A DNA stretch of 64,000 bases from Planctomycetota bacterium (GCA_038060895.1 JBBTCT010000002.1:160001-224000); one strand, 5' to 3'. Numbered from the stretch's first letter, positions 27,846-37,262 are shown. The notes: generated by a model from the letters alone, not told the origin. A program made the numbers and translations.

Positions 27846-27966
27846 GAGCGCGCGAAAAAATCGAGCGCCGTCGCACGCCCAGGCCTCGCATCCCGCCGTC
27901 GGAAAGGCTCGACGGCGGGGCGCGAGGCCCGAGCGCGCGCCGTCGCTCGCTTTTTTCACGCGCTCT
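27845..27966. repeat. 122-bp imperfect inverted repeat (57-bp arms, 8-nt loop)
   Basis: Left arm versus reverse complement of right arm: 48/57 identical by manual alignment. Confidence 0.85.
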
Positions 27967-28140
27967 GGGAAAACGGCCTGCTGAAACAGGGCCACTGAAG
28001 CCAGATGTCCTGCGCCGATTCATGCCGGAACTGCTTCGTCGCGACTTTCGCAGCGCGGCGCAGGTAAAGAGTGAGGACGTCAGAAGTCGCGCCCGGATTC
28101 CCGGCCTCGGGTTCCGAAAGACTCCCGGCGGACTCAGACC
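27956..28140 (-). pseudogene. Remnant of the STAND-derived TPR family
   Basis: Translates to ...LYLRRAAKVATKQFRHESAQDIW, matching LYLRRAAEAGDRNYRHEAARAAW and RYLQRAIDVASRQFQHETAQ of the full copies. Confidence 0.6.
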
Positions 28141-28300
28141 CGATCAGCAGCCTGCCGGCGCGCCGCAGACGAGGCAGAAGGGCGGCTCGACCCGAGGTCC
28201 AGCTGGTCTCCGTTGAGCAGGATCGCGCCGCGCGGCGGCGCTCCGAGGCGGATCGCGCTCGGGTGGCTCATCGTGCGATCGGGTGTCTGCGCAGGGTTGT

Positions 28301-29062
28301 CTACTTCTTCAGCGTCTGCTTCGCATCCGTGCCGCAGCCTTGAAGCTCCGTCGTCGACTTCGAGCGTGTCTTGTCCATTTTGGATTCCAGTACGGATTTG
28401 ACCAGCCAGCCCTTCCATGTCGGTTTGCCGTCCCAGGCCAGCCGTTCCATGCCCGCTTTCGCGACAGCGGAGAGGTCCTTTCCCTTGAAGGGCACCTTCT
28501 CGCCGTTCCACGAAGTCATCTTCGACTTCGATTCCATGCCGTTGAACGTGGACGTCAGCTCGATTTCGATCTTCTCGCACTCGTACTCCAGGCCACCCGC
28601 TTTGACCGTCTCCCTGGTTGCTCTTCCGGTACCCGTGGTGTCCGTCGAGGGTTTTCCCTCCGGCATTTTCGCGACTTTGATCTCCTTGCCCGTCTCGCCC
28701 GGTTTTCCCCACCACGCCTGTGTCACGAGCCCGGACTTTTTTGCGACCGCAGCGAGAACGACCGTGCCCTTCCAGGCCGGATTCCCGAGCGTGTACTGGG
28801 ACGACTCGAACCAGATCGTCTCTGGCTCCGCGAGGACACAGGCGACCCGGTAGGACATGTCCGACATGGGCTTCCACTCACCGCTTCCCATCGCCATTTC
28901 TGAAGTCGTCCGGTACTCCACCCACTCGCCGCCCTTGAGCGATCCGAGGTCGTACTGGTCAAACGCGCGTTCCCCGATCGAAGGTTCCGTAGCTTGCCCG
29001 AGGGCCGTCGGGGGCAATGTCGCAAGCGCGACCAGTACGGCCAGTCCGGCACGCGTTCTCAT
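28301..29062 (-). CDS. Secreted beta-rich hypothetical protein
   Basis: GGAGG RBS, signal peptide; GEWVEY and ETVKAGGLEYECEKIE (DUF3108-like TVPAGxFxC pattern). Confidence 0.7.
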   Translation of the reverse strand: MRTRAGLAVLVALATLPPTALGQATEPSIGERAFDQYDLGSLKGGEWVEYRTTSEMAMGSGEWKPMSDMSYRVACVLAEPETIWFESSQYTLGNPAWKGTVVLAAVAKKSGLVTQAWWGKPGETGKEIKVAKMPEGKPSTDTTGTGRATRETVKAGGLEYECEKIEIELTSTFNGMESKSKMTSWNGEKVPFKGKDLSAVAKAGMERLAWDGKPTWKGWLVKSVLESKMDKTRSKSTTELQGCGTDAKQTLKK

Positions 29063-29168
29063 GGAAGGCCCTCCAGAAGCGGATCTACCGCTTTCCGTTA
29101 ACTCTAGGCGTCCGGAGGGCCGCAACTCAAGCGCGAACCCGCAGGGGGTTCGGCCTGCCTTTCGACTC

Positions 29169-30557
29169 TTAATCCGGCTCACGGAAGGGTTCCACCCCCG
29201 CCTTGGCGCACTCTCTTTGCATCGTCGTCATCGCCCTCTTGATCGTCTCGGCATCTCCCAGCGCGCGCAGGATCGCCACCCCCGTCGTCCACGCGCGCCG
29301 GGCGTCGTCGAGGTTTCCGCGCACGAAGTGCAGCCGCGACGAGTCGCAGAGGTGCGCGCCCTCGAACCGCCGGTTGCCGACCTCGTGGTGGATCGCCAGC
29401 GCGCGCTCGAATGCCCCGGCCGCTTCGCCGACCCGGCCGGTGTCGAGGTAGACGCTGGCGAGCGTGCCCTCGACGATGCCTTCGACGCGGCGGTTGCCGA
29501 CCTCGCGGTGGATGGCGAGGGCCTCGAGCGCGATGCGTTCGGCGTCGGCGAAGCGACGCCGGTCGTGCAGGAGGCTGGCGAGGTTGCCGAGGCACATGCC
29601 CTCGGACCGGCGGTTTCCGAGATCGCGAAGGAGGGCCAGCGAGCGGGCATAGGTGGTCTCGGACTCGTCGAAGCGTCCCGCGTGCTGGAGCCGGATGGCC
29701 GCGCTGCTGAGCGCGACGCCCTCGGCGAAGCGGTCGCCGGTTTCGCGATAGATGGCGAGCGCTTCTTCGCCGAGGCGCTCCGCCTCTTCCGCGCGGCCGG
29801 TATCGCCGGCGACGAGCGACAGGTTTCCGATGGCCCTGCCCTCGAGCGGGCGGTCGCCGAGTTCGCGGTAAAGGGCGATGGCGTCGCGGATGAGGCGTTC
29901 GGCTTCGGCCACGCGGCCGAGGTCGTGGCAGAGGCTGGCGAAATTGCCGAGGACGATGCTCTCGAGCGGCCGGTCGGCGGCCTCCCGGGCGAGCGCGAGG
30001 GCCTGCTGGTAGAGGCTCTCCGCCCGGTCGTTGCGTCCGGTCTCGCGGCAAAGGGTCGCGAGGGAAGCGGCGGCCTGGCCTTCGAGGCGGCGGTCGGAGG
30101 CCGCGCGCGCGAGGCGCAGCGCTTCCTCAAACAGGTCCTCCGCGACCCGCGGGCCTCCGCCTGCTTTCACGGACTGGCCCGCCCGTCTCAGCGCTTCGCC
30201 CCGGTCCACCCCTCCAAGTTCCATTGCGAGAGACTGCCAGGCGGCGCGCGCCGCTTCGTGCCGGTAGTTCCTGTCGCCCGCCTCCGCGGCGCGGCGGAGG
30301 TAGAGGCGCCGGGCGCCCTCGAGGCGGGCCGCGCGGGCGTGTTCCGCGAGCTCCGTCGCGAACGGGTCCGTCGCGTGGGTGGCGAACCGGAACGGTTTCC
30401 CGAGTGGAGGCGGCTCGGCCGGACGCCCGCCGCACAGCGCTTCGATCAGCTCGAACGCGAACCCGTGCAGCCGCTCGCGGTCGGTGGGGAGCTGCAACTG
30501 GTACGCGGCGTCCCGCAGGAGCGCGTGTCGGAACAGGTATGCGGACTCAGCTTTCAC
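29169..30557 (-). CDS. Stand-alone STAND-derived WHD/arm plus TPR protein (family copy 2)
   Basis: AYLFRHALLRDAAYQLQLPTDRERLH; 40-aa TPRs G(D/N)RRxEG; ends ECAKAGVEPF; TAGGAT 6 nt before GTG 30557. Confidence 0.85.
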   Translation of the reverse strand: MKAESAYLFRHALLRDAAYQLQLPTDRERLHGFAFELIEALCGGRPAEPPPLGKPFRFATHATDPFATELAEHARAARLEGARRLYLRRAAEAGDRNYRHEAARAAWQSLAMELGGVDRGEALRRAGQSVKAGGGPRVAEDLFEEALRLARAASDRRLEGQAAASLATLCRETGRNDRAESLYQQALALAREAADRPLESIVLGNFASLCHDLGRVAEAERLIRDAIALYRELGDRPLEGRAIGNLSLVAGDTGRAEEAERLGEEALAIYRETGDRFAEGVALSSAAIRLQHAGRFDESETTYARSLALLRDLGNRRSEGMCLGNLASLLHDRRRFADAERIALEALAIHREVGNRRVEGIVEGTLASVYLDTGRVGEAAGAFERALAIHHEVGNRRFEGAHLCDSSRLHFVRGNLDDARRAWTTGVAILRALGDAETIKRAMTTMQRECAKAGVEPFREPD

Positions 30558-30754
30558 GCGCACATCCTACGGGTGATTCCCCCGATCCGAATTCAGTAGA
30601 ATCCTCCCGCATGAGAGCCGCCATTTCCAGAAGCGCCTTCCGGGTGCGAACCGGCCTGCCGCTGCTGGCCTTTCTTGTGCGATTCGGCGTTACGTAAGCG
30701 CGCCCCCACGAATTCCCGGAACTGAAGTCCCTTGCGTGGTCACTTCCCCGGCGT

Positions 30755-31159
30755 TCAGGCTGGCCCCGCTTCGAGTGACGGCTCTCCCGCCTTCTGGCAG
30801 GCGGCCTGCATGTCGCCGCGCAGGGACTCGGCCGCCTGATCGTCATGCAGTTCCGTGAGGACTTTCATGCCCTGGCGCCAGTTCTCGGCGGCTTCGCGCC
30901 TTCGACCCATCGCCAGCAGGCAGAGGGCGTAGCTGCAGTTGTGGATTCCTTCGAAGCGTCTGTTCCCCAGCTGACGGTGGATCGACAGAGCGTGTTGAAA
31001 GGTGCGTTCCGCCTGCTCGAGGCGGCCTGTCTCGGCAAATAGACTGGCCAGGTTTCCCAGCGCGACCCCCTCGCTCTGGCGGTCGCCGGGCAGCTGCAGC
31101 TGGTAGGCAGCCTCGCGCAGGAGCGCGTGTCGGAAGACGTAGGTGTTTTCGGCGTTCAC
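30755..31159 (-). CDS. Internally deleted mini-copy of the TPR family (copy 3)
   Basis: YVFRHALLREAAYQLQLPGDR joined in frame directly to the last TPRs and the ACQKAG tail. Confidence 0.7.
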   Translation of the reverse strand: MNAENTYVFRHALLREAAYQLQLPGDRQSEGVALGNLASLFAETGRLEQAERTFQHALSIHRQLGNRRFEGIHNCSYALCLLAMGRRREAAENWRQGMKVLTELHDDQAAESLRGDMQAACQKAGEPSLEAGPA

Positions 31160-31178
31160 GCGGAGTGGTATTGCCGAA

Positions 31179-31330
31179 TCAACGCTTCTGCCTCCGAACG
31201 GCGTCCCCCGCAGCGCGACGGAGGGCGAGGGAGAGGTTCGGCTGCACCAGCCGCGCGGCCGCCTCCCGGGCTTCGGGAGTGTCGATGGCCTCCAGGAGGG
31301 CCAGCAACCGGACCGCGCGCCGATGCGGCC
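31179..31330 (-). pseudogene. C-terminal HEAT-like fragment
   Basis: RAVRLLALLEAIDTPEAREAAARL resembles the RAxxxLExIxTPEAR tail of planctomycete WD40 proteins; no credible start. Confidence 0.4.
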
Positions 31331-31354
31331 GCGAACTTGCGCCTGAACGCAGAC

Positions 31355-31600
31355 TCACTCGTCTTTCCCCAGGGCTTTCAACTCCGCAGCCGCGCTTGTG
31401 TGCTGCAGGTAGTCCTTCTGGTTCGTCGCGACGACTTTCTGGAAGTAATCCCTGGCCACGGTCTTGTCGCCGGCAAGCAGGTGTTTTGAACCGGCGTAAA
31501 AATAGGCCAGGCACACTTGTCCGGATTCTGTCTTGGGGTTCGCATGCCGGGCGGCCGCCAGCAATTCGGGTTCGGCCAGGTCGCCGGCTTCGAGGGCGTC
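31355..31600 (-). pseudogene. C-terminal fragment of an NlpI-like TPR protein
   Basis: CLAYFYAG...LLAGDKxxARDYFQKVV...AAAELKAL, NlpI-like C-terminal pattern; N-terminus missing. Confidence 0.5.
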
Positions 31601-31714
31601 GTTGCGCCCTCGCAGGTCGGCATACTCGACAGCTACCGCGCGGACTTCGACCCGCAGGCGCTTCCCGCGGCGCATGTCGAGGTCAAGCTCCCTTAAGCGG
31701 CCGGGGCCGGGGAG

Positions 31715-32620
31715 TTACTTCAGCACCCGCCGCCCGGCCCGCCGCGCGCCCTCCTGGCTCCGCTCGACGAAGAGCTCGAATAACTCGTGAAGCGGCCGCG
31801 CCGCTTCCGCGCCCTCGAGGCGCTCGACCGCGTGCGCGATCGACTCGAGCGTCGCCATGCCGAAGGAGGGCCCCGTGCGGAGGCGCGCCGTCGGTGGATG
31901 CGGCGGCAGCGAGAGCCGTGGAAGGTGCTGCAGCGCGGGCACGCGCAGGAACATCCGCTTCGACTCGCGCCACGTTCCGTCGATCACCACGACCGTCGCG
32001 GGCCCCGGGGCACCCTCCGGGAGCGGATCGGCCCCGGGGTACAGGACCCACGCCCCCGGCGGCGGCTCGAATTCCATCCGGCTGTCCCGCTCGGCCCTGT
32101 CAGCCAGCTCGCAGTTCGTCATCGCCAGCGCCGCAATCCGCGCCGAATTCGTGCGGCGCCGCGACTCGTGCTCGTGGCGCAGAATGACGAAGCGCGTCCG
32201 GGTCTCGATGCGCCTGACGTCGCCGCAGAGGCACAGCGGCAGATCCAGGCGGCACCGCTCGCAGATCGGAGGCGTCGCCGCTACGCCGGCGCGCCGCCAC
32301 TTCTCTGCCAGGCGCTCCAGCGCCGCGGTCTCGCCGGCCTGAAGGAGAAGCGACGCGCCCCGCGCGTGGCACTTCCGCGCCTCGTTGATCTTCCCCAGCT
32401 CCAGCAGTGCCGCGCCGAATTCTCCCAGGCGGAGGCCTTTGAGTCGCAGCGCCGCACCGCGCGTCGCGGGCGGTTCCGTTGAAGCGGGTGTCCGCCGTCC
32501 CAGGAGGTCGTCCAGCAGCGACTGCGCGTGCGCGAGAAGTCGCGCGCGCTCCGGCGAAATGCGGTCGTCCGCGGCGTCGAGCAGGGGAGGGTGTCGAAGC
32601 GGATCGGGGGCCCGGTTCAC
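31715..32620 (-). CDS. DTW-domain tRNA-uridine aminocarboxypropyltransferase (TapT-like) with an N-terminal TPR-family-derived extension
   Basis: CxRC...CLC, HxxExxxxTNS, IDGTW, ATLE motifs; GTG 32620 overlaps the GNAT stop. Confidence 0.85.
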   Translation of the reverse strand: MNRAPDPLRHPPLLDAADDRISPERARLLAHAQSLLDDLLGRRTPASTEPPATRGAALRLKGLRLGEFGAALLELGKINEARKCHARGASLLLQAGETAALERLAEKWRRAGVAATPPICERCRLDLPLCLCGDVRRIETRTRFVILRHEHESRRRTNSARIAALAMTNCELADRAERDSRMEFEPPPGAWVLYPGADPLPEGAPGPATVVVIDGTWRESKRMFLRVPALQHLPRLSLPPHPPTARLRTGPSFGMATLESIAHAVERLEGAEAARPLHELFELFVERSQEGARRAGRRVLK

Positions 32621-33150
32621 GGGCGCGTTGTCCCCAGCGATATCCAGTACCGCCGCTTCCGCACGGCCTGGCCGGGCACTTCCACCGTGTTTTCCAGCAC
32701 GCCGCCGCAGGACTCGATAACTTTCCACGAGCCCACGTTGTCGTCGTCGCACGTCAGGAGAAGCCTGTCGATCCCGCAGGCGCGGACGAGCGGAAGAGTC
32801 TGCCTCAACATCTCGCGGGCGTAGCCTCGCCGGCGGAACGAAGGGACGACGCCGTATCCGACGTGGCCGCCGATGCGAAGGAGGAAGTCGTTCAGGCGGT
32901 GGCGAAATGAAACCCGCCCCACCCCGGCGCCGTCCACGACCCCGACGAGAAACGTGCTCGGGACGTAATTCTCGGGCAGCTCTTCGCCGCGCGTCCAGGC
33001 GGCCAGCCTCCGGACGTACGCCGGGAAATCGGTCACCCCGTCGAAGAAAAACGCGAAAGCCCACTCGGGATCGGAGACCCTGAACTCCTCGACGGCCTTT
33101 CGAAAGGAGGGCTCGTCGGAATCGGTCAGTTCGCGAAGCACCAGGGGCAA
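32617..33150 (-). CDS. GNAT N-acetyltransferase
   Basis: RHRLNDFL..GGHVGYGVVPSFRRRGYA, LLTCDDDNVGSWKVIESCGG; AGGAG RBS then TTG. Confidence 0.9.
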   Translation of the reverse strand: MPLVLRELTDSDEPSFRKAVEEFRVSDPEWAFAFFFDGVTDFPAYVRRLAAWTRGEELPENYVPSTFLVGVVDGAGVGRVSFRHRLNDFLLRIGGHVGYGVVPSFRRRGYAREMLRQTLPLVRACGIDRLLLTCDDDNVGSWKVIESCGGVLENTVEVPGQAVRKRRYWISLGTTRP

Positions 33151-33287
33151 GAAGGGGATTCTCCTGAGAAACGAGCGCGGGCACGGAACAGTCTCGCTTG
33201 AGGCGCTCCGGAATTGAAACGAATAGACGGAAGGCCGGAGTCCGCGGCCTCTGCGGCAACAGCCCGGGCGAAAGACGCTTCCGTCGC

Positions 33288-34700
33288 TCAGCCGGTATTC
33301 CCATCGAACGCCGTCACGGAAGCCTTCGCGCACGCCGAGCGCATGTCACCGCGGAGGCGCTCAACTTCACCGGCGTCGCCCAGGCCCACGAGGATCGCGA
33401 AGTTCTCGCGCCAGAGCGCGGAGGCTTCAGCGACCAGTCCCCGCGCCAGGAGGCACAGAGCGAGCGCGCAGCCGTGGCTTCCCTCGGAATTCCTGTTCCT
33501 CACCACCCGGTGCAGGACGAGGGCGCTTTCCAGGAAGCGCTCCGCGAGGTCCGGCCGGCCGGAAGCGAGATGCAGCATGCCCATGTGTCCCAGGGCGATT
33601 CCCTCGAAGCGGCGGTCGCCGACGTCGCGGTAGATCGGAAGCGCCTCTTCGTACGTCCGCAGGCTCTGCGCGATGTCGCCCCGGGCGTTGTGCAGGAACG
33701 CGCGCAGGCCCAGGCAGTATCCCTCGGATCGCCGATGGCCGGTCCGGCGGTGAATATCGAGCGCCTGCGCGCAGGTCCGCTCGGCCAGTTCCATCCGGCC
33801 GAGTTGCGCGTACAGGCTGGCCAGGCTGCCCACGATGACGCCCTCCGAACGGAGGTCCCCTGTCTCGCGGAAATACGCCACCGTCTCGAGGTAGGTCTGT
33901 TCCGACAACTCGAGCCGGCCCGTCTGCCGGTACAGGCTCGCCGCGTTGACGAGCGTCGAAGCCGTGTACTGGCGGTCACCGACTTCGCGCAGGATCGCGA
34001 GCGCCTGGTCAAAACTCCTCTCGGCCTCCGCCAGCCGCCCGGTTTCTTCGTACAGGACCGCGAGCGCGCCGAGGTCGATCCCCTCGGAGCGCCGGTTGCC
34101 GACGCTCCGGTGAATCTCAATCGCCCGCCGCAGCATTTCCTCCGCTTCCGGCATCCGTCCCGCAGCCTTCTGCCGCCCCGCGAGGTCGCCGAGCGTCACA
34201 CCCTCCCGGCGCACGTCCCCGCTCCGACGAAACTGCTCCAGCGCTTCCTTCAGCAGATCCACAGATTCCTGCGTTCTGCCGAGGGCGTAGGCGCTCAGCC
34301 CGGCGCGGCGAAGCGACTCGGCGCGGTCCGCCTCGACGGCGATCGCGGCCAGTTCTTTCCAGAACGTGCAGCCTGCGTCGAGCCGCAACGAAGCATCCGC
34401 GGTCTCAGCGGCGCGGCGCAGGTAGGCGACGAGCGCGCCGCCGTGCCCGTCGACGGATGCGCCGGACCGGCGCAGGTGCGCGACCAGCTCTTCCGCGAAC
34501 GGATCCGTCGCGTGTTTCGGGAAGAAGGGAGGCGCCGCACAGTTCAGCGGAGGTGGCTCGGGCGGGCGGCCTCCCGCGAGCGCTTCGATCGCCTCAAAGG
34601 CATGGGCATGAAGCCGCGCTCGGTCGCCGGGGAGCTGGAGCTGGTACGCGGCGTCGCGGAGAAGGGCGTGTCTGAAAATGTAGGCGTTTTCGGCGTGCAG
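33288..34700 (-). CDS. Stand-alone STAND-derived WHD/arm plus TPR protein (family copy 4), CTG start
   Basis: Frame extends upstream of the track's TTG to CTG-HAENAYIFRHALLRDAAYQLQLPGDRARLH; TAAACT 7 nt upstream; no ATG/GTG/TTG before the upstream stop. Confidence 0.8.
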   Translation of the reverse strand: MHAENAYIFRHALLRDAAYQLQLPGDRARLHAHAFEAIEALAGGRPPEPPPLNCAAPPFFPKHATDPFAEELVAHLRRSGASVDGHGGALVAYLRRAAETADASLRLDAGCTFWKELAAIAVEADRAESLRRAGLSAYALGRTQESVDLLKEALEQFRRSGDVRREGVTLGDLAGRQKAAGRMPEAEEMLRRAIEIHRSVGNRRSEGIDLGALAVLYEETGRLAEAERSFDQALAILREVGDRQYTASTLVNAASLYRQTGRLELSEQTYLETVAYFRETGDLRSEGVIVGSLASLYAQLGRMELAERTCAQALDIHRRTGHRRSEGYCLGLRAFLHNARGDIAQSLRTYEEALPIYRDVGDRRFEGIALGHMGMLHLASGRPDLAERFLESALVLHRVVRNRNSEGSHGCALALCLLARGLVAEASALWRENFAILVGLGDAGEVERLRGDMRSACAKASVTAFDGNTG

Positions 34701-34857
34701 AGGAGTCAGTTTACGGGGGTGGCGGCCTTCTTTTGGTTGATGAACCGAATCTCAAACCAGTTCTTGCACCGCACGGTCAGCCTTCTCAAACTGAGCCAGT
34801 CAGAACTGGATTCGGAGTAACATCGACCTCGATTCGAATTGAGGCGCGGAGAAGCGA

Positions 34858-37158
34858 ATGCGGCTTAGCAGGCTCTGGACGGCGCTCGTGGTAGTCGCAT
34901 CTGTGTCATGTGGCAAGAAGTCCGAGCCGACGCCCGCAGTGCCACCAACGTCCCCCTTGGTGCCGTCCAAACCAGTTTCTACGGCAGCGAATTTCGCCAA
35001 TGAAAGTGCGGCGCTGCTGAAAGTGGGGATTGAGAAACGGTTGGCTGGCGATCGGAAGGGATTGATTTCCGCGGCGGAGTCACTTCGATCCTTGTCGGCG
35101 CAGGCCGCCGAGGCGCGTCCCGCCGATCCGCTGCCGGACCTGGCCCTGGCGCGGATGGCGAGGGTGACCGGCGACGCAGAGGCGGAGCGGGCCGCGCTGG
35201 CCGCAGCCGAGCGCAAGTCACCCGGGAGCCCGGCCGTTGCCGATGAACTCTTCCTTTCGACGTTGGTCGACGCATGCGCCGCCGCGGCGCAGCAAGCGCT
35301 GCAGGCGGAGGTCGAAGAGTGGGCTTCGTTCGTTCTGGAGCAAGAGCCCGGTCATGTGCGGCCGCGCCCCGAAAGACCGCCGGCAGCACCTGCGGCGCTC
35401 CGTGAGGCAGTGACCGGAGTGCCCGCACTTGCGGCCGCGCTGAAGGCCTTCGCGGCGGGCGACCTCAAGGAGGCGGCGAGCCGGTCCGCCGCCGCCGAGC
35501 GCGAGATGCTGCCCCCCGACCCGGCGACGGCGCTGCGATTGCTGGCGGGCGACGCGATCGTGGGGAACCTTGCGAACGATCGGCTCGCGGCCATTCGCAC
35601 CTTCGTCGAGGCGCGCGCGTCATTCCAGGGAGGAGTCCTCCTGGCGCCAGAGGACGTGCTGAAACAGCGCGAAAAACTCACTTCCTTGCCGGCGGAAATT
35701 CGGGCTCTCTTGTCCGCGGCTGCGGCCGCACGGGTGCTTTCACTGGACGCGCCGGGAGACACCGAAGCGCTTTGGAGAGTCGGGAACGTCGCACTGAGGG
35801 CATTAGCAATCAGCAGTCTTGCCGCGTCGCCCTGCACGCCTCCCGACAAGGGAGTTCCTTTGGCTGAGAAGGCGCTGGGGGACCTTCGATCCAGCAAGGA
35901 GTTGCTCGCAAAGGACCCGCGCTGCCTCATGGCGGAAGGTGTCCTGCTCCTGCGGCTTGCTGAAATCGAACCGGCAGGTCCAAAGCGGCGCGAGCGTGCC
36001 AAGGCCTGCCTCTCCTGGGCGGAGGCCGCGTCCTCCAGCCTGAAGACGCTTCACAAATTTGTCGAGTTGCGCGCCATGTCACGGCTCCTGGTCCGCGAAT
36101 TCATGTGGACAGACGCGCCAAAGTCGGTGATCGACGAAATGCGCGCAGCTCGTGTCGCCGCAGCGAAGGAGACGAGTGAAGAATTGCTGAAGTCTCCCGG
36201 CTGCACGGCCTGTCTGACGATCAGGTCGTCCTCGCGCAGGTGGACTGATCCGGATCGCGTGTTCGACGATGTTCTTGAAGCGCGTAAGGGAGGCGCCGTG
36301 GCGCTCGATCATCTGCTGGAGAGCGCCAGGGGTCCCGGCGTCTACAGGGGCAGGACGCCGTCGACGGAAGACGAAGCGCGAAGCCGGAGAAGTGCCGCGG
36401 AAACCCTCCTCCGAATCCGTCCCGAGACATGGACCTCGCACTACACCCGCATGCAAGCGCTCGTGTTCGGAACCCTCTTCTGCAGAGCCTTCCCAATTGA
36501 AGAGGCCACGAAATTGGCATTGGAGAACCTGTCGGCGGGAACCGCTGCTGCTGGAGAGGAGAGTGTCGAGGTTTTCCTCTTGCTGGTGCGCCTGATACCG
36601 CTGCCTCCCCCGGAATCTCCTCGCGATCGCGCGGAGGCGCACCAGGTCCCCCTGGCGCGCATCGACGAGATGCTGGCGAGTCACCCTGAGAATTACGGTC
36701 TGATCCTGATGCGCGGGCGGTTCCAGCGGGAGGGCGCGGCTCTTCTAAAGGAAGTTGCAGACGACGCGCCGCACCTCTCGGCCGCCATTCGGGACCTGAC
36801 TCGCGCTGCGGAGCTTTCGCCGCGCGCGCTCAGGCCCTGGGAGGAGTTGGGCGCTCTTCGTCACATGCAGGCGCAGGCAATTTCTGGAGGCGCGCTGCGT
36901 GTACCAAAGCTTGAGCAAGCCGCCGCTGCTTACGACGAGGCCGTCAAGCGAGCCCCCTCTCTGGCGCCCCTCCGGGACACTCTCGGAGACGTCAGGAACG
37001 AGCTTTACACGATCAAGCACCGCTTGGGCAAAGAGGATTCGAAGCTCATGCAAGCGGCCATCGATGACTGGAACGCAGCGGCGTCCCTTGATCCGCTCCT
37101 CAGGTCAATCGTTGAAGCCAAAATCAAAGGCATCCAGGCGGAATCCCGAAAGAAATGA
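34858..37158 (+). CDS. Large helical/TPR lipoprotein
   Basis: Lipobox VSCG, Pro-rich linker, TPR-like C-terminal helices (AAELSP, AVKRAP, AASLDP). Confidence 0.7.
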   Translation: MRLSRLWTALVVVASVSCGKKSEPTPAVPPTSPLVPSKPVSTAANFANESAALLKVGIEKRLAGDRKGLISAAESLRSLSAQAAEARPADPLPDLALARMARVTGDAEAERAALAAAERKSPGSPAVADELFLSTLVDACAAAAQQALQAEVEEWASFVLEQEPGHVRPRPERPPAAPAALREAVTGVPALAAALKAFAAGDLKEAASRSAAAEREMLPPDPATALRLLAGDAIVGNLANDRLAAIRTFVEARASFQGGVLLAPEDVLKQREKLTSLPAEIRALLSAAAAARVLSLDAPGDTEALWRVGNVALRALAISSLAASPCTPPDKGVPLAEKALGDLRSSKELLAKDPRCLMAEGVLLLRLAEIEPAGPKRRERAKACLSWAEAASSSLKTLHKFVELRAMSRLLVREFMWTDAPKSVIDEMRAARVAAAKETSEELLKSPGCTACLTIRSSSRRWTDPDRVFDDVLEARKGGAVALDHLLESARGPGVYRGRTPSTEDEARSRRSAAETLLRIRPETWTSHYTRMQALVFGTLFCRAFPIEEATKLALENLSAGTAAAGEESVEVFLLLVRLIPLPPPESPRDRAEAHQVPLARIDEMLASHPENYGLILMRGRFQREGAALLKEVADDAPHLSAAIRDLTRAAELSPRALRPWEELGALRHMQAQAISGGALRVPKLEQAAAAYDEAVKRAPSLAPLRDTLGDVRNELYTIKHRLGKEDSKLMQAAIDDWNAAASLDPLLRSIVEAKIKGIQAESRKK

Positions 37159-37262
37159 GCCGGCCCGGGCGCGTTACGATGCACTTGCCGGACCTTCGGC
37201 GAATGTGCAGGTATTTCGCGCGGACGAAGAAACTCACGGATACGTTCAAGAGGAAGATCTCC

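Noticed and set aside
29133-29152. Hairpin CGAACCC-GCAGG-GGGTTCG as a terminator or tRNA fragment
   Set aside because: No U-tract on the relevant strand and no cloverleaf
29300-30130. 120-bp periodic repeats as a CRISPR array or DGR template/variable repeats
   Set aside because: They are coding TPR units with synonymous variation; no unique spacers, cas genes, reverse transcriptase or adenine-specific differences were seen
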